The notes: generated by a model from the sequence alone, not told the origin. Positions 12,821 through 27,659 are shown, counted from the whole stretch's first letter. The stretch: 53,556 nucleotides of DNA, filler included, from Sluysia triapertura (GCA_046118255.1; 4 parts of 4 records of this genome joined end to end with filler, not necessarily neighbours in it), one strand, 5' to 3'. Translations and numbers: made by a program.

Positions 12821-15800
12821 ACAAATTGATAATTTACGTAGAGTTTAACCCAGAGGTTATCTTTGGGTTTTCTAATAATGAACGATAGTTTAAGTATATT
12901 TTAATGCGAATATTATCGCAGTAAACTTATAAATAAATAGCATACTTAATTATACGGTTTTCATTCATCATTAAAATTGCTGATAATTGTTTTGTTCCAA
13001 GAAATGAGTAGTAATCACGAATTGTAATTCCTTTTTCGAATATGCTCTCGTTAAAAGAAAATCCTTTTTTATAATAGATTGTTCAACACTTTTCGATGAA
13101 AATAAATTCCAAAAATTCTTCAGCTTATACTTCAATCTTTCTTGTGTGGATTGGTTTTTTGTTTTTTCCTTTTATATTATTTTTTGATGCTATTTATTTT
13201 ATTTATTTAAATGATATTAATAAATAATTACCTTCTAAATATTCAATGATAATTATCTTTTTCAAATATAATGCAAATATTTAATTTTGATGCAGATTTA
13301 TAATTATTCAATTTGATACCATTAATATTTTCAAATAATATAAATATTTACTTTTCCCTGATTATTTAGAAATATAAATATTTACTTTTCAATTTAGAAA
13401 TACGGTTATTAATAAATTAATTAGAATATTTTTTTTAAATTCAGGTTTTATATTTTACAATTATACAATATTTTCTAATTAATTCTACAATATTTTAAAT
13501 TTCTAATGGATTCTTTTAATATTTACAAACTTATAATTGGATAGAAGAAACAATTTCTTTCACAAAATAATTACTTATAAACAAAAAATGTATGCATAAC
13601 ATGAGACACGTGGGTGCGTTGTGATAATTATTGTTGATCAACATGGGAAGCCGGTGAACCCGACGGGGCAGTCGTTGGAGTTGAATAGCGATAGCACATG
13701 AATGTATCGGGATAGTCGCGGAAGGGGTTAATCTAGGCGATTACTTAACATTCGGTTACCGATTCAACATTCTTTTTATCAACAAATTAATAAAATGAAG
13801 CACTGAATAGGGATATATAAATCGTTACTAACTCAAAAACAATAAAAAATCAGATAAACATGTAGATAATTATAAACCAAATTTATTACTTTTAAGGATC
13901 CCTCCTAAATGCAAACACTTCTTTCAAATTTAAGCTAGAATTTGTATCTTAATTAAGTAAGATAGCTAGATAGTATCAGCTAATGCATAATTCAAACAGT
14001 CCATACTATGTACGAGATAATTTTTTAAATTTTTTGAAATTTTTAAGCCGAAATAGTCGTCGTCTTCTACCATTCGATTTTAAATACTTTTATTATAAAT
14101 TGTAAAGATTAGTGTCCTACTATTCATATTATTTTTTACGTGTTGACATGTCTTAATTGTGACATTATATAAAACTATTTAGTTTTATTTTTCAAAAAAC
14201 TATAATATATTTCCTAAATTACAGATTTTATTTCTCATTAATTATATTTCATTTCTGTTAAATAATTAATAATTGGATTAATAATATCTAATGATTTAAA
14301 TATAAATAATTACAAATAATTAGCTAACATATTTGATATCCAATCTTATGTTTATTTGTTCCAATTACTTATATAATAATCTAGTAAATTTAATTCAATT
14401 ATTAGGTGGTTTAATATTTAACACAGTGGTTAAAATACCTTTATTCCGCCCTATTTAATAAGGACTAAAATCCTAGTTACAATTCATCAATATTTAGAAT
14501 CCTTTAATATTAGCTTATATTACTACTCTCACTACAATTCTACTTGTGCTTTTAGTTTATCACTTGATCATTCATTCATTCATTCATTTATTGTTAATTT
14601 GATTTATCATTGTTGATTTTATACTTATCTATAAGTGTAAAATTAAATTTTTGTATTGAAAATATTAATTGCGCATTAATTATATTTTGTACATAATTTG
14701 TTGTAAATTAGTATCACACTTTCAAATTCAATATTAACATTAAATAGTCTCTTTTAAAACAACTATTAATTTGCGATATCACAAAATTTTAAACCATCTA
14801 TAGACAATTAGTTACGGGCATGGCTACCGCACGTTTTAAGTCCTGTACTGTGACTGGACCCTGCTAAAATTTATTTTACCGTTTGCTAAGAATAAGAAAA
14901 ACAACAGAACTACGAAACGATATTAAAACTGGTATCAACTTAATGTTTTACGAAATTGCCCTTATTGTAGATTGTACTTATAATGCAGTTTGATTTTTTA
15001 TTTTGTTACTTTCTTTGAGATGCCTTGATCATCTGACCACATTTGAATAAATAAGTAATCTTTTTATATCGATGCAAATATTTGAAAGATTTGGTCGCCT
15101 TAGAATAAAATGATGAAAATATCATATGATTATTATATTATTTAATAAAAATTGCAGAAATCCAAAGGTGATTTAAGGTTGTTTTTGCCTTTTGCTTTGC
15201 TACTTTGAAGCAACTACATGTGACTAATGAATAATTCTAACCGAACCTAAATCAAAATGTAAAATAATATAATAGATATTAATTCTATGTATTAATAATT
15301 ATTTCATTTAATTTGTTTTCGTTATGGAGAACAATAATATTTTTGTTAATTAAGTCAATTTTTATAAATCAGTCATCAAAAGAAACAAATAATTTTATAA
15401 ATTTTATAACAATTTAGAAACTCTGCAAATAATGCATTTTATTATTAATCATTTATTAAAAGTTTCTCTACTTTATTGGATAACGCATTTAAACACTTAT
15501 TAATAAATTACTCATCGCATTAAAAATAAAATGTTTATTTAACATTTTGTTAAGTTTTACATAAACACATAAATTTATGACATTATTTTTATTAACGTTA
15601 TTAAATTTTTTAAAATATTTTATAGTTAAGATGTAAAACAAATGTAGGATCGCCTTAATATCATATTACAAGTTTGTTTTACATTTTATTAATAAATATG
15701 ACAATCGATTTACTTTATCTGACTAAAATAGATATATTTTATTTATCAACTAAATACGAAATCTAATGGCACGAGCTTATAATTAAAACAAAAAACTCCT

Positions 15801-18800
15801 ACAATAGTTAATTAATATTCGTAAATCAATCCGTCGAATTCCAATCAAATGTAAAGTAAAATAAACATCTTGATATTAATACTCATAAACAATTAATCAT
15901 ATATTTATATTTATAAATACAAATTTTCCCAAATGCTTAATTCGTAATTAATAATAGCGTACTTAATCAAAAAATGTGACTATATATTTTTTGTATTATT
16001 CATTATATTTTTTAAAGTTACATCCATCATATGCACGACCTAGAACCAATACTAGATTCGGATAACATTAAACGATACAATTAACAAAACTTTATAATAC
16101 TTAATGTTGTTACATTCTAGTAATTTGATATGGAGTGTAACCTTTGATTTAATATAAAATCCAATGTATCGTTTGAAATTCTTTTATGTCGACTATATAT
16201 TAATTAAATTTGCAAATATTTAATGAAAATTAATTTTTTAATGAAATACTAATGTATATAATGGCAATCAATTTTTAGATTTCAATTATTTGTTTTTCTA
16301 GAAGTTGTGTTTTTAATACTTTATTAGTTTCGTTTTATCATTCAATTTTAAAACCAAAATACACTTTATTATAACTAATAATAATAATTATTATTATCAT
16401 TATTAGTTTTAGTATATGAGAATATTACTATTAGAATATTAACAACTTTATTAGAAATTCATAAAACTTTTAATGTTTAATTAACTTATAAAATTGGTTT
16501 ATTTCGTTTATTACATGTTATAGTGAGTACTTTTGACTTCTCTTGTTTATTGACAGAAGTGTCATTTTTAGTACGAATTCAGTGCTTAATACCTTATCGT
16601 AAAAATGATTAAGTTTTAGTAACAAATCGAACGAGCAGTAGTTCAACTTAGAGCAAAAATTGTGTCAGACTTAAAAAACAAATTTTAAAACATTTTGCAG
16701 AAATCTATTTTAAATTATTCCTTGTTATGTTTAATATACTGCTATTACAATTTCAATATCAATCAAATGATAAGATTATGATGTTTCAACATTTATCAAA
16801 TGATTCTAAAACATTGTGTTGCTTCTGCAAAATTATAATATTAAATTATAATACTATTTTCTTCTATTAAGAATTTTATGGCAAATAATTATTTATAATT
16901 AACTTTTATCGAATCGATATTTAACCTTCTAACTAAATTAATTCCATAATGATTTATATACATTTGATCTTATATTATGGCCCTATAGCTAATTTTTATA
17001 TATTCTGGTTAATTATAATACATATTATTGTTTGTGAATTATTTTTCATATTACTTATATCCGCATTTTTTGCGGATATTCACTTTTATGTGGTTTCTAG
17101 TTGTTAATTAAGTGTGATAGAATTCTGCTAAATTCCTTCACACTTATCTATTAGTTTCTGGCTTCTGATTTATTATTTGGAGATATTTCCGACTGCTTTT
17201 TTCTGTTGAAAATTTTTTTTGACTTTTTAAAACATTTTTTAAGTTGTAACATTACGACCATTCGCGGATATTTTAAATTTATAATTTTATTTTATTTAAA
17301 ATGTTTTTGTTATCAAAAAACAATATTTTGCCAGGTTTTCGTGATTTGGAAGCTTTGACACTTAATGCTTTAGATGACATTTATAATCAAATAATTATGA
17401 AATACTTATAAAAAATACTTATACTTATAAAATATTTGTACTAGAGTACTACTTGAATACATTGTTTATGAATAAAGACTAATTTAATGGCGCAACTAAA
17501 TTACACAAGTTTATTTTAAAATAAAATTAATTAATTTTAATTTTTTGAAGAAAGGGTTTAGTTTATGTATAGGTCTTTTTTCATTGTGGTTGCAACTACG
17601 AAACAAACATCTATTATGTATACTCAAGTTGATTTTTTCTACTCAACATGCTCTTCTAGTTTTATTGGTAAATTCCAAAAGTTGTACATTTTATATGATC
17701 TGCATCAATTAGTAATTTCAGTGTTGATATTTCTCTATTGTTTGTCGAAAGATAATATTTAAGTTTTCTATTATGATATGATATGTAGCTGATATATTAA
17801 GTGACGCAGGAACAATTATGATTATTTTGCAGTTTATTCGTGTTAAATTATATCATTGAAACATAACCTTAAGACCAATCCTACTTATTGATTTTATTTC
17901 AATATTAATTTTTCAATGTCGCCAATTTATATTAATTTTGAAGTTACGTGGCATTCTGATTCAGAATTTCTTTCTTAGTTTTGAATATTGTTATTATTTG
18001 TATTGTCTTTTGAAAACCTATCTATTAATATGACATCATCTAATTGTTCATAATTTTCTTGTCAATTTTTGTCATTTATGTCATTCAGATTATCTAAAGT
18101 TATTAATCCGCAAGATGGATATATAAACATTCTTTTTATCTATTTATTATGTTTTCGAACCTTTTTGTTATTGAGATTAGTTCAGCATCGAATCCGTAAT
18201 TAAAAATCCATATTTTCAACGTTAAAATAATGTATTGTATTAAAATAGTATAATATACAAAATTCAACGGTAATAGTAATAATTATGAATATTACTATAT
18301 TCGTGGGAGTAATAATGATTTTATAGCATTAATAAAATAACAAAAATAATATTAATAAACCAAGCAATGCTTCGTTTTCCAAATTTAAAAATAGATTAAA
18401 TTAAATAAGTACTTTTCATGTTATAAAGCATACCAGTATGAACAAGGGCCATTAGTTCATGAATAATTAGCATTAATATTAATTGACACCACTTGATCTC
18501 AACAAAAATTTATATCTCAGTATAATATATACAAAAAACAAAAATAGTATAAAAGGAGGAAAGATGCAATTCATTCTAGAACCAATAATTAAAAAACCTA
18601 TACACTTTAAAAAATTGAACCTCATCATTCCACCAGTTCAATAAATATATTAAATATCAATTCCTCAAGAGATTACAGACTTTTATTCAATTTAACAGAA
18701 CTGCTTTCTCATTTATCGAATTTAAATTTCATCACCTTTAATTTTTGAACTATTAATTTTGTACTATTTATACATTGCTAAAATCAACTTAAAATCTATT

Positions 18801-20588
18801 TTTAATTATTTTTTACCGGGTATTTTAAATAACCCAATAAAATCTTATCTTAAAATATATAGACCTTATTTAAAGAATCAAGTTCTTGAAACAATTTAAT
18901 AGTAATATCAAGTTTTTCGAATAGTGTTTTATTATTAATAATCTCGACATAAAATATTCTGTACTTTTTCACATTCAATTTTGAACAGGAGTTTAAACTA
19001 CATTTTAAAGTCAATTTTATTATGCGTTTTTACCTACTGTTTTAAAAAAGTAGTTAAAAAGACCATTTTAACCTCATTTTGAAACCAGGATCAATTTTTA
19101 ACACAAAAAAGATTATTATTTAAACTATTAAGAGTTAAGTCAGTTGTCTGAATTATAATTGTTATAAAATTTTCTCTTTCACTGAGTACATATTATATAA
19201 ATGCATAGCAAAATATTGTCAGTGACCTCCACTTTCTTTAGTTGATAGTGACATTGTTCTAATATATTGTGAATAAGCCAGTAAGTTTGTAAACTTTAGG
19301 TCATAGACGAACTCACTTAATCTCATATTTATTTATGATAAAAAGGTAATCATATTATTGTGTCTTTATTTTAAAATTATTAACAATAACTCAGTAAAAA
19401 AATTTAATTACTCTGAAATCTCTATATATTTTAATACAAATTAATTTTCTTTAAGCAATCAGTTAACAAAATATAATTTTCAAATCCAGGAATGATATAA
19501 CACGCAAAATGTTAGTACCTGTGTTAAAAAAACAGATATAAAAACGTGGGTGAACTAACCACAATAGTACAAAAATATCACTATGAATTGCTAAAGATAA
19601 AGCTTCAATCATACCACGAGAGCGTTGAAGCAGCTTTCTATAATAAGCGAAGTTTCACTTTAATAGTTTACTTTGCTACTTATGAGAGAATTTTTAGCAA
19701 AAATGAGATCGCTTATATAGTCGTTAGTAAATTTCCGAGGAGATTTGAAATTGAAAAGTCGACGTAATTACTTTGCATAATTATTTATACTTTTGAGTCA
19801 GTAATTGGCTGATCAATCTTTATAATCATTTTTGACTATAATTTCAATCGAATTCTAATTTATCATCTTTCAGCAGTTACTCAAAGATAATGGGATTTGT
19901 GCAAACATCTTATTTTATTAAAATAATAAAATCAAAATTTAACATGATTATAATAATATTTAGTGCTTGATTTATCTATCCACATAAAATCAATTAAATG
20001 CAAAATTTCTTTTCCACAATAGTTTTTTAATACAATATGTCATGCGTTAACAGTGTGTCACACGTCGATTTCAGTAACCTGTCTGAATTGGTATCTTAGT
20101 GAACATTGACTTGATGTATACTTTTACTATAAATAAGCATTACAATGTATATAAATTTAACTTTCTATTATAAAAAAGTAATTAAAATAAATAATTTTTC
20201 GTTACTAGCATCGACGTATTACGCAAAATTTCAACTGCTGTGGTTTTACTTAAAAGAACCTAACTAGCAAAATAAATGAGATCTGAAGAAGAGTTCGGCT
20301 AATTAGATACGCTTTATATCGAGATGAAGACGGTCTAATTAGACTTTCTTAATGGCAGTTAAAAAGTATAGCGCTATGACAATTATTTAATGCTTGACTA
20401 ACTAATCTATTATGAATTAAGGCAGCCTTCTGACGGTCTGATTAATATATGGTAAGTTTAAATGTTAAATCAGCTTTTGTATGGTCTGATTAAATACTCT
20501 GTTATTTTAATTAACAAGATTTTAAATACGTAATTGTGTATTAATCAACATAAAAGAAAAATATTCTTACAGTACAAAATGAACAAGT

Positions 20589-20592
<4 letters not shown>

Positions 20593-20648
<56 letters not shown>

Positions 20649-20650
20649 TA
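20593..20650. repeat. (AAT)n microsatellite
   Basis: Perfect TAA run. Confidence 0.97.
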
Positions 20651-23600
20651 CACTTTGCGTCCTTAAGCTTAAGGCTTGGGCGATTAAAAATTGAATTTTA
20701 AGTTTACAACTTTATCTAGCCTTATTGAGGTCTAGGAAATAAAATAATATATTAAGCATGATTTTAAATAGTTCTATTGTATTACAATTAGAACTTTTAA
20801 GAAACCTCAACAATAAAAAATTACTTATGCATGGAATATAATTTCTAAATGCTCAAACTGGAACGATATTAACTGATCAAATCTAATTCCCAAATGTTGC
20901 GTTATTTCTCCAAATTTCTCGACATTCATATATTAATATTTATTCACCATATTGTCATTCATTGTTATTTATAAAATTATTTCATTGAGTAATTTTTGTA
21001 ATATTTCTATTTTCTTATTCAATATTTTTAAACAATTTTAAATATTTTATTTCATTATCTTTTAAATTTAATTTTTTAAAATTTTTTATTTTACTTTTTA
21101 AATTTATTTAATATTTACATAATAAAATAACAATTAATAATTAAATCAAATCAAATATAAAATGTAAAATCAAATATAATTATCAGATATAAAATCAGAT
21201 AAAATCAAATCCAACACAACACTATACTTTAGTTCACATGTAATTTTCCCATGCACAAATACCTTAATTGAATTAATTAATGTACTTTTATATTTTCAAG
21301 AGTAAGGCTTTATAGAATGCTTTGTCTTCGTATCTTTCTTTTTAATTTAAACATTTTACAAATATATCCCATTAACAAACATCACGATAATTTTTTATTC
21401 TTTTATTAATATTTGTTTCCTTTTAATTTTTTACCTATTACGAGCTACCAACAATATTAAAAAAATCACATGGTATTACTGCATTTATTCCTTTCAAATA
21501 TTCTATTTAGTTTTGTATATTAATTTTTTTCCTTCATGAAATATGCTATGATTTTACTTTATATATTTGATTGTGATAAATTTTATTTATATCCGTTTCA
21601 TCTTTGCATTGTAACTCTTTCGGTTACTCATATTATCTTAAATGTTCCCACATCGAACTTAATCCTTTGTACAAGTATTGATCAAATAACGGTTATTTGC
21701 AGCTCCACACAACTGATAAAAAAGAATTCAAATATCTAATTTAATCTTACAAAGTATTTTTTTCATATTAAATATAACTTTTATCTTACATACCTAATAT
21801 TACGTTTGGGGCGTTTACTGTTTTATTTACATTATGCTTTTATTATATTCGTTTTTTATGTGAAATAAAACTTATTCTAAACAAAATTCAGATTACAATA
21901 ACGGGCTAGCCTATAGTAAAAGACTTGTGGGTCCTTTCCTTTAGGATTTTAATAAATTTCTTAAATAATCAAGTATATTAATTCTGCGTAAGTATGAAAG
22001 AGTATTTTTACTAAATAATCCTTTCTTTTTAACTAATAAATGATTCACAACAAAAATAATATTAAAATATTTATTATATTAAAATTGTGAAGGTGGCAAG
22101 ATATTTGGTAACATTTAACATTAATTGAATTTGGCTAACAATTAACATTTATCGACATTTACTTTATATTATTATTTGACACTTATTACGTTTATTTTAT
22201 TAGTTGTAAATTGTTTGTAAATATTTCATAAAAATATTTATTTTTATTTTATTAGAAAAATAATATTATTAATTAAATTTAATAATTATGATTAAATTGA
22301 AATCAAATATTTAAAAAATAAAAAAATAATTAAATTAAAACTAAATATTTAATATTTTCAAATTATTGTTTAAATGAATTATTTTGAATAAACTATAAAC
22401 ATAAACAAACTATAAGTAATATGGCTGCTGAAAATTCTATATAGTGGAATTTTCACAAATCAATATCGCTGGAAATTGTTTGATTCTTCCCAATATTCAA
22501 GAGACATGTACGAAGTAAGATTTTTCATATTAAGTTTACCTTCTCACCGTAACTGGGAGAAGTAAAATCCACTTAAAATCTTAATTAACTTTGTACTTAT
22601 ACCGTAAAAAGGATAAGTCAACATTTCATTAAAATCTCTATACTAAATTTAATAATTTAGATTTAAGTATTAATATATCGTTATTATAATTGTTTTGTTG
22701 ATAAAAATTTGTTCCTTGTGCTTCGTGTATGAAAGATTTTGTCTTGGATATTATAACTTATAGGTAGTTTTTTGAATTTGTATATCGTAGAAACTAAAAT
22801 CAACTTTCATCGCTAGACTACAACAAGGCTAGCTTACAATCATTAAATGCTACATAAACTTTTCCTGAATTAGACCGTAAAAAGCTAATTTAAAAGATTA
22901 TTATTTAAGGTTAGAGCGTAAAAAGGCTAACTCAAAATCATCTAAAATATAATTAATAGTTATTTATTATTTAAATATTCATTCACCTGATTAACTATTT
23001 TTGTACGTGACTCTTCTAATATCGGATTTTATTGCTTCTTAAAATACATAATAGACTGCGACCATCAGACTTAAGTCGTTTTTGTTAGGTTAACTCACTC
23101 CAGAATTCTATTTGCATTGTAAGTTTAGAGAAAGCCCTTGCAAAATAAATAAAAACATACAATCGACTAAGGTTAGTTAAAATGTGTACAATGTGTGTGT
23201 GGATATGTGTAAAAATAAATAGCAAATATTTATTTTATATCTAGAGTTTAAATAGAATTTTAGCGTACCGTTAAAGCTCGTGCAATTAATTTAAATAGAA
23301 ATTATGCATATTTTAGGCTCACTGTATACAAGCATAACTTATTTATTCATTTACTACATATTAATGTACAAGAAAATCGTTCGAAAATCGTATTATTAAA
23401 CCAAAAATTTGTTGATTATAGTGAAAGCTTTCGTCGCGAGATAAGTTGTTCTTTATCTTTTTATCATTTTTCTGATATTTTAAAACCTTCTCTGTCACAT
23501 TTGTGTTCTATTTCAAAACTGTATATCCATTAATATTATCTCCAAAATAACCAACAACGTTCACGTAAAACATTCATTAGCGTTAAACATTTTCATATTT

Positions 23601-24299
23601 TTGACTTATGAAAATTATATTATTAATTTAAACAAATATTTTGTTTAAAAAACTACTCAAAGTAATGTTTATTTATTATTACATAAATTTTTATATTAAT
23701 TATTAAAGAATATCATTAAAATATTTATAAAAGTCTAATGTGTTTAGAATATGAATATCTTTTTATATCCATACTGTTTGGTTAATATATGCTGCTAATG
23801 CATATATTTATTATTATTATTATCCTTTTGTATTAAAGGTCGTATAAAGTAATAACACTAAATTATCTTCTCCATTTTCTTTTGTTAGACAATAAAAATA
23901 AATTGTGATAAATCCATCGCGATTGATACATTCTAAATTTCTTTAGAAATACTTATTTTATTATTCATATTTAATTGATGTTAGATTTGTGTCTGAAGTA
24001 AGGAAATAAAAATGTAAAGCATCATTGTCGAATGCAAGCAGGACCACACGGCTCCTAAGTAAGAATCGAGTGAATTCATGATTAATTTTTATTATCAGTT
24101 GTTATCTAATGCATTAAATTTGTTTAAACGAAATATTTACTTAATTTACAATATAGCGGTCTCCAAGTCTGCCTAAATTTAAGGCTGCTTCAATTAGTTA
24201 CGATATTATTTACGTTTTAATCGTGTAATTTGATATTGTATGTTAAGAGATTCGATTGCTTCAAAAAATTGATAAAACTTTATCCATTAACCAAAACCG

Positions 24300-24790
24300 T
24301 TTTCTGTCCAAGTAATGACGTTCTAGTTGATACACAATTAGAAATACTTAATTTATAATGTGATGAAAAAGCAATTCATGAAAAATATCGAGAAGAGCAA
24401 GAAGATTTGTTTAATTTTTCTAAATGTGGAAATTTATAAAAGCTTGCAAAAGTATTTAGTAAGCTTTAGTTCAACGTACATTTGTGAAGAAAGCTTTTCT
24501 TTAATGAATCTAAATAAAAGCACGAGGATGTGTTAAGAATAGCCACTACAAATATAGAACCAGATATTAAAAAAATAATAAGTAATAATTAAAAATAATA
24601 AGAAATAATAATATTTCGAATTAGTTATTGTGCTAATTTGATGTTTTAATTACTTACAGTTATTCATAGACAGGTTCATAATAAAAGTTTCTTAACGACT
24701 AAATGAATAAGTGTTTCGCTTATTATCATTTTTAATGTTAATATTTTTCCTGGCTCGCAAAAATTTTTGTTTTCACCTCCACCACTCTGT
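24300..24790 (+). mobile_element. hAT (Charlie/SPIN-like) transposon 3' remnant
   Basis: SFSSTYICEESFSLMNLNKS and LRIATTNIEPDIKKI match the FGSTYxCEQxFS / LRxATT..PDIxxL C-terminus. A GGCTCGC subterminal-like motif lies near 24752. Confidence 0.78.
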
Positions 24791-25115
24791 TTCCTTTTTC
24801 TACTTTTTTATTTCAATTATTAATGTATCAAATTTATCTTTATTATTATTAACCGTGATTTTAATTCTTGAACATTTCAAAGATTCGAAACATTTTACAA
24901 GATTACTCGAAGGTCTCAAAAGTTTATCAATGTCTCAAATGATCGAAAGGTTCAGAAGTTCAAGGGTATCTTCATACTGTAGTGGCCAACTCCGTAAGTT
25001 AAGATGGTAAACAACCCCTTTAAAACAAAATTTATCACAATCATACTCTGCAACCATAATCACCACACAATCCATCACATAAAACAACAATACATAATCA
25101 CAACACTTTTCCAAC

Positions 25116-25215
25116 NNNNNNNNNNNNNNNNNNNNNNNNNNNNNNNNNNNNNNNNNNNNTTAATTAATTAANNNNNNNNNNNNNNNNNNNNNNNNNNNNN
25201 NNNNNNNNNNNNNNN
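25116..25215. other. Artificial contig linker (N44-TTAATTAATTAA-N44)
   Basis: Same structure as 12721-12820. Confidence 0.97.
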
Positions 25216-25238
25216 AGCCAAATAAATCAGTACAACAC

Positions 25239-25293
<55 letters not shown>

Positions 25294-25306
25294 GTAGTAG
25301 TAGTAA
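25239..25306. repeat. (AAT)n(AGT)n microsatellite
   Basis: Direct reading. Confidence 0.95.
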
Positions 25307-25598
25307 ATGCGCCATGTTCAATTGTAACATTGTGGCACACGAGACTATTCAAAAAATTAAATAAATTGTCTAATTTTATGTGAAAATATTTCGTTATATT
25401 TGAAATTGATTATTGGAAATAATCTATATATCATGTTTAGTGAATGGATAAATTAATTTTTACACTTTAGCATGACAAAAATTGATTTTATTTTATCATT
25501 TATGTATTGTGTTATTACATTATTAAGTCATGAATATTTATGAACACAATTTTAAGAAGCTTTTCTCTGTTTTCTAAATATATTCCAACATTTATCTA

Positions 25599-25925
25599 TT
25601 GGTTAGTGCATAAGTTCGTGTGGTTTTTATGAAAAATGCATACTGATCAAGAATAAAAACCATGCAAAAAATTCCATATAACTAAATGAATTTATTAAAT
25701 CATTAGAACAAACAAATATCTGAGTCTCAACAAGATTTTGTGTTGGTAAACTTCGGATTTCGCACGTGGTTGTGGTTGCTTTTGAGGACTTACTCAAGCT
25801 TTTTGTGTTTCAAAATTACATACATGCACAATTTCTCATCACCTGTTACGATCCTGGAAAGGACAGATTAATGTTTCTGCACAAAAAATTGATGGCGAAC
25901 GAGTAAAGATGCAGAAATCGAAACA
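25599..25925 (-). mobile_element. Mariner remnant
   Basis: TIR-like TTGGTTAGTGCATAAGTTCGTGTGGTTTTT. The 100 nt next to it resemble 27900-28005. The minus strand encodes ISASLLVRHQ and LSRIVTGDEKLCMYV (first catalytic D). Confidence 0.75.
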
Positions 25926-26689
25926 AGTTGATTTTTGTAACATCAAAATTTTATATAAGTTCGATTTATATTTAAAACGAAAATATTAAACTCAATACCT
26001 AAATCTTCTGAATCATTTCGGAATATTAGAATTTATCATTAATTAATTAAACTTTCTCTGTGAAGTTATTTATAATTGAACTAGTCCCCCTTTTGTTTTT
26101 AATAAAATACTCGCTTTCCAATCACTAAGAAAACAATACAAACGTAGTTAATATTGTATGAAACTAAATGCTTAATATATGATAATAACTTAAATTAGCA
26201 TTTAAACCGAGATAATATTTCATATAATATTACAACAATAGTTCTTAATCATTTGTTTTTATTGAAAATGTTTATGTTGGTTTTTTGATTCATATCAAAT
26301 AAGTACACTTAAAAATTTCGTTTATTTTTGTCTTGAGTAAACTTTTCAATCTAAATTATACAATGTTCAGTGATTACGATCAAAAAAATAATTTTCATCA
26401 GGAAACAGAAATAATTTCCACTTTATTCAATCTAACTAAAATCTTATTCAGAGTGCTCTTGAATAAATCAATTTGAATAAATGGAAAATAATGAATATAT
26501 GTTGGACAGAGGACTGCAAATGGTTAATGCGTGAGTACAAGTATTAATAAATTTTGTTCATATCTTTTAAGAGTTTTGCTTTGATATTTAAAATTTTCTC
26601 TCTAAAGCACATCAGATACAAAATTTGAGAGGCTTTAGATTGGTCGAAAAATTTAGCCGTTGTGGAAATTATTTTCTTTCTAATAAGAT

Positions 26690-26880
26690 TTTACGAAATT
26701 TTTTAAATCTTTTACTTCCCAATTTCCATCTTTGCGTCATTTTATTCTTCTTATCTAAATAATCTCCAAAATTTCTCAATAACATCAAGTTTTAAATCAT
26801 CTTTACTCTTTAAAGGTACATGCTTATCAAAATAAGATAATGTTCTTAATACATTTTGCTTAATTTATTTAATTAGAAAG
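26690..26880 (-). mobile_element. CR1/L2-like ORF2 fragment (related copy at ~30543-30700)
   Basis: The minus strand reads FDKHVPLKSK, a typical EN-RT linker motif. The same sequence blocks recur at 30543-30660. Confidence 0.5.
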
Positions 26881-27077
26881 ATACTAAATTTTAATAATTA
26901 TGAATTCAACATGGACATTTGAGTGTTCATAGACATGTAATATTTTAAGTTTCAACTTAGTGCATAATTTGAAGTCTACCAAAATGTCATTTTTGTAAAC
27001 TTTTACAATTCTTTGGGATTAATTGAAGTGCTTTACAAGCTAAAAGTTGCCAATAATTAAAACATTAAACAACTAAC

Positions 27078-27473
27078 TTGTATCACATAATTTCCATATT
27101 GATCCTTTACTAAATCTTCAGTATAATGATGTAATTCCGCTAAAATTGGTGCAGTTTGTTCCGAAGTACAATGTTCTAAGATTCTTTGAATTACTCGACA
27201 ACCGTATGAATGAGTAGAAAGTGAATAAACGTTATCTTTAAACGCATCAATTATAAAATCTAAATGTTCAGGTGGTACACATTCGACACATTTTTGAACA
27301 ACATGATTTCCGTTTTGATCTTTTACACATTTGATAACATTACCTTCCAATTCATGAACAATATTAATTTGTGTAGCTTTAGAAACAGTTTCTAGAGCTT
27401 TTTGAATAACTCGGCATCCGTACATTTGAAGAGATAAATGCAATACTTGATTCTTTATACGATCGCCTAATAT
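27078..27473 (-). CDS. pum: Pumilio exon: PUF repeats 3-6
   Basis: tttAG acceptor and CAA|gttagt donor, 396 nt in frame: [28 protein letters not shown]...[16 protein letters not shown]...[18 protein letters not shown]...[12 protein letters not shown]. Confidence 0.97.
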
Positions 27474-27659
27474 CTAAATATGGATACAATTATAAATCAA
27501 TTGCAGTAAAAAAAAATACACATCAAAAACTTCAAATACACAATTTATTAGAAAGTATAAAATAAGTGCACTACACCAAAATAATTCTAAAGAAAAACCC
27601 TTACAAGTATGTCAATGAAATCTGCCCACTCGCAAATTCATCGGTGGCCGAGTTATTAG

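Noticed and set aside
13643-13760. RNase P/MRP RNA (GGGAAGCCGG ... ACATTCGGTTAC as P4)
   Set aside because: The distance between the putative CR-I and CR-V is only ~90 nt and there is no clear P1-P3. Kept only as an unexplained island.
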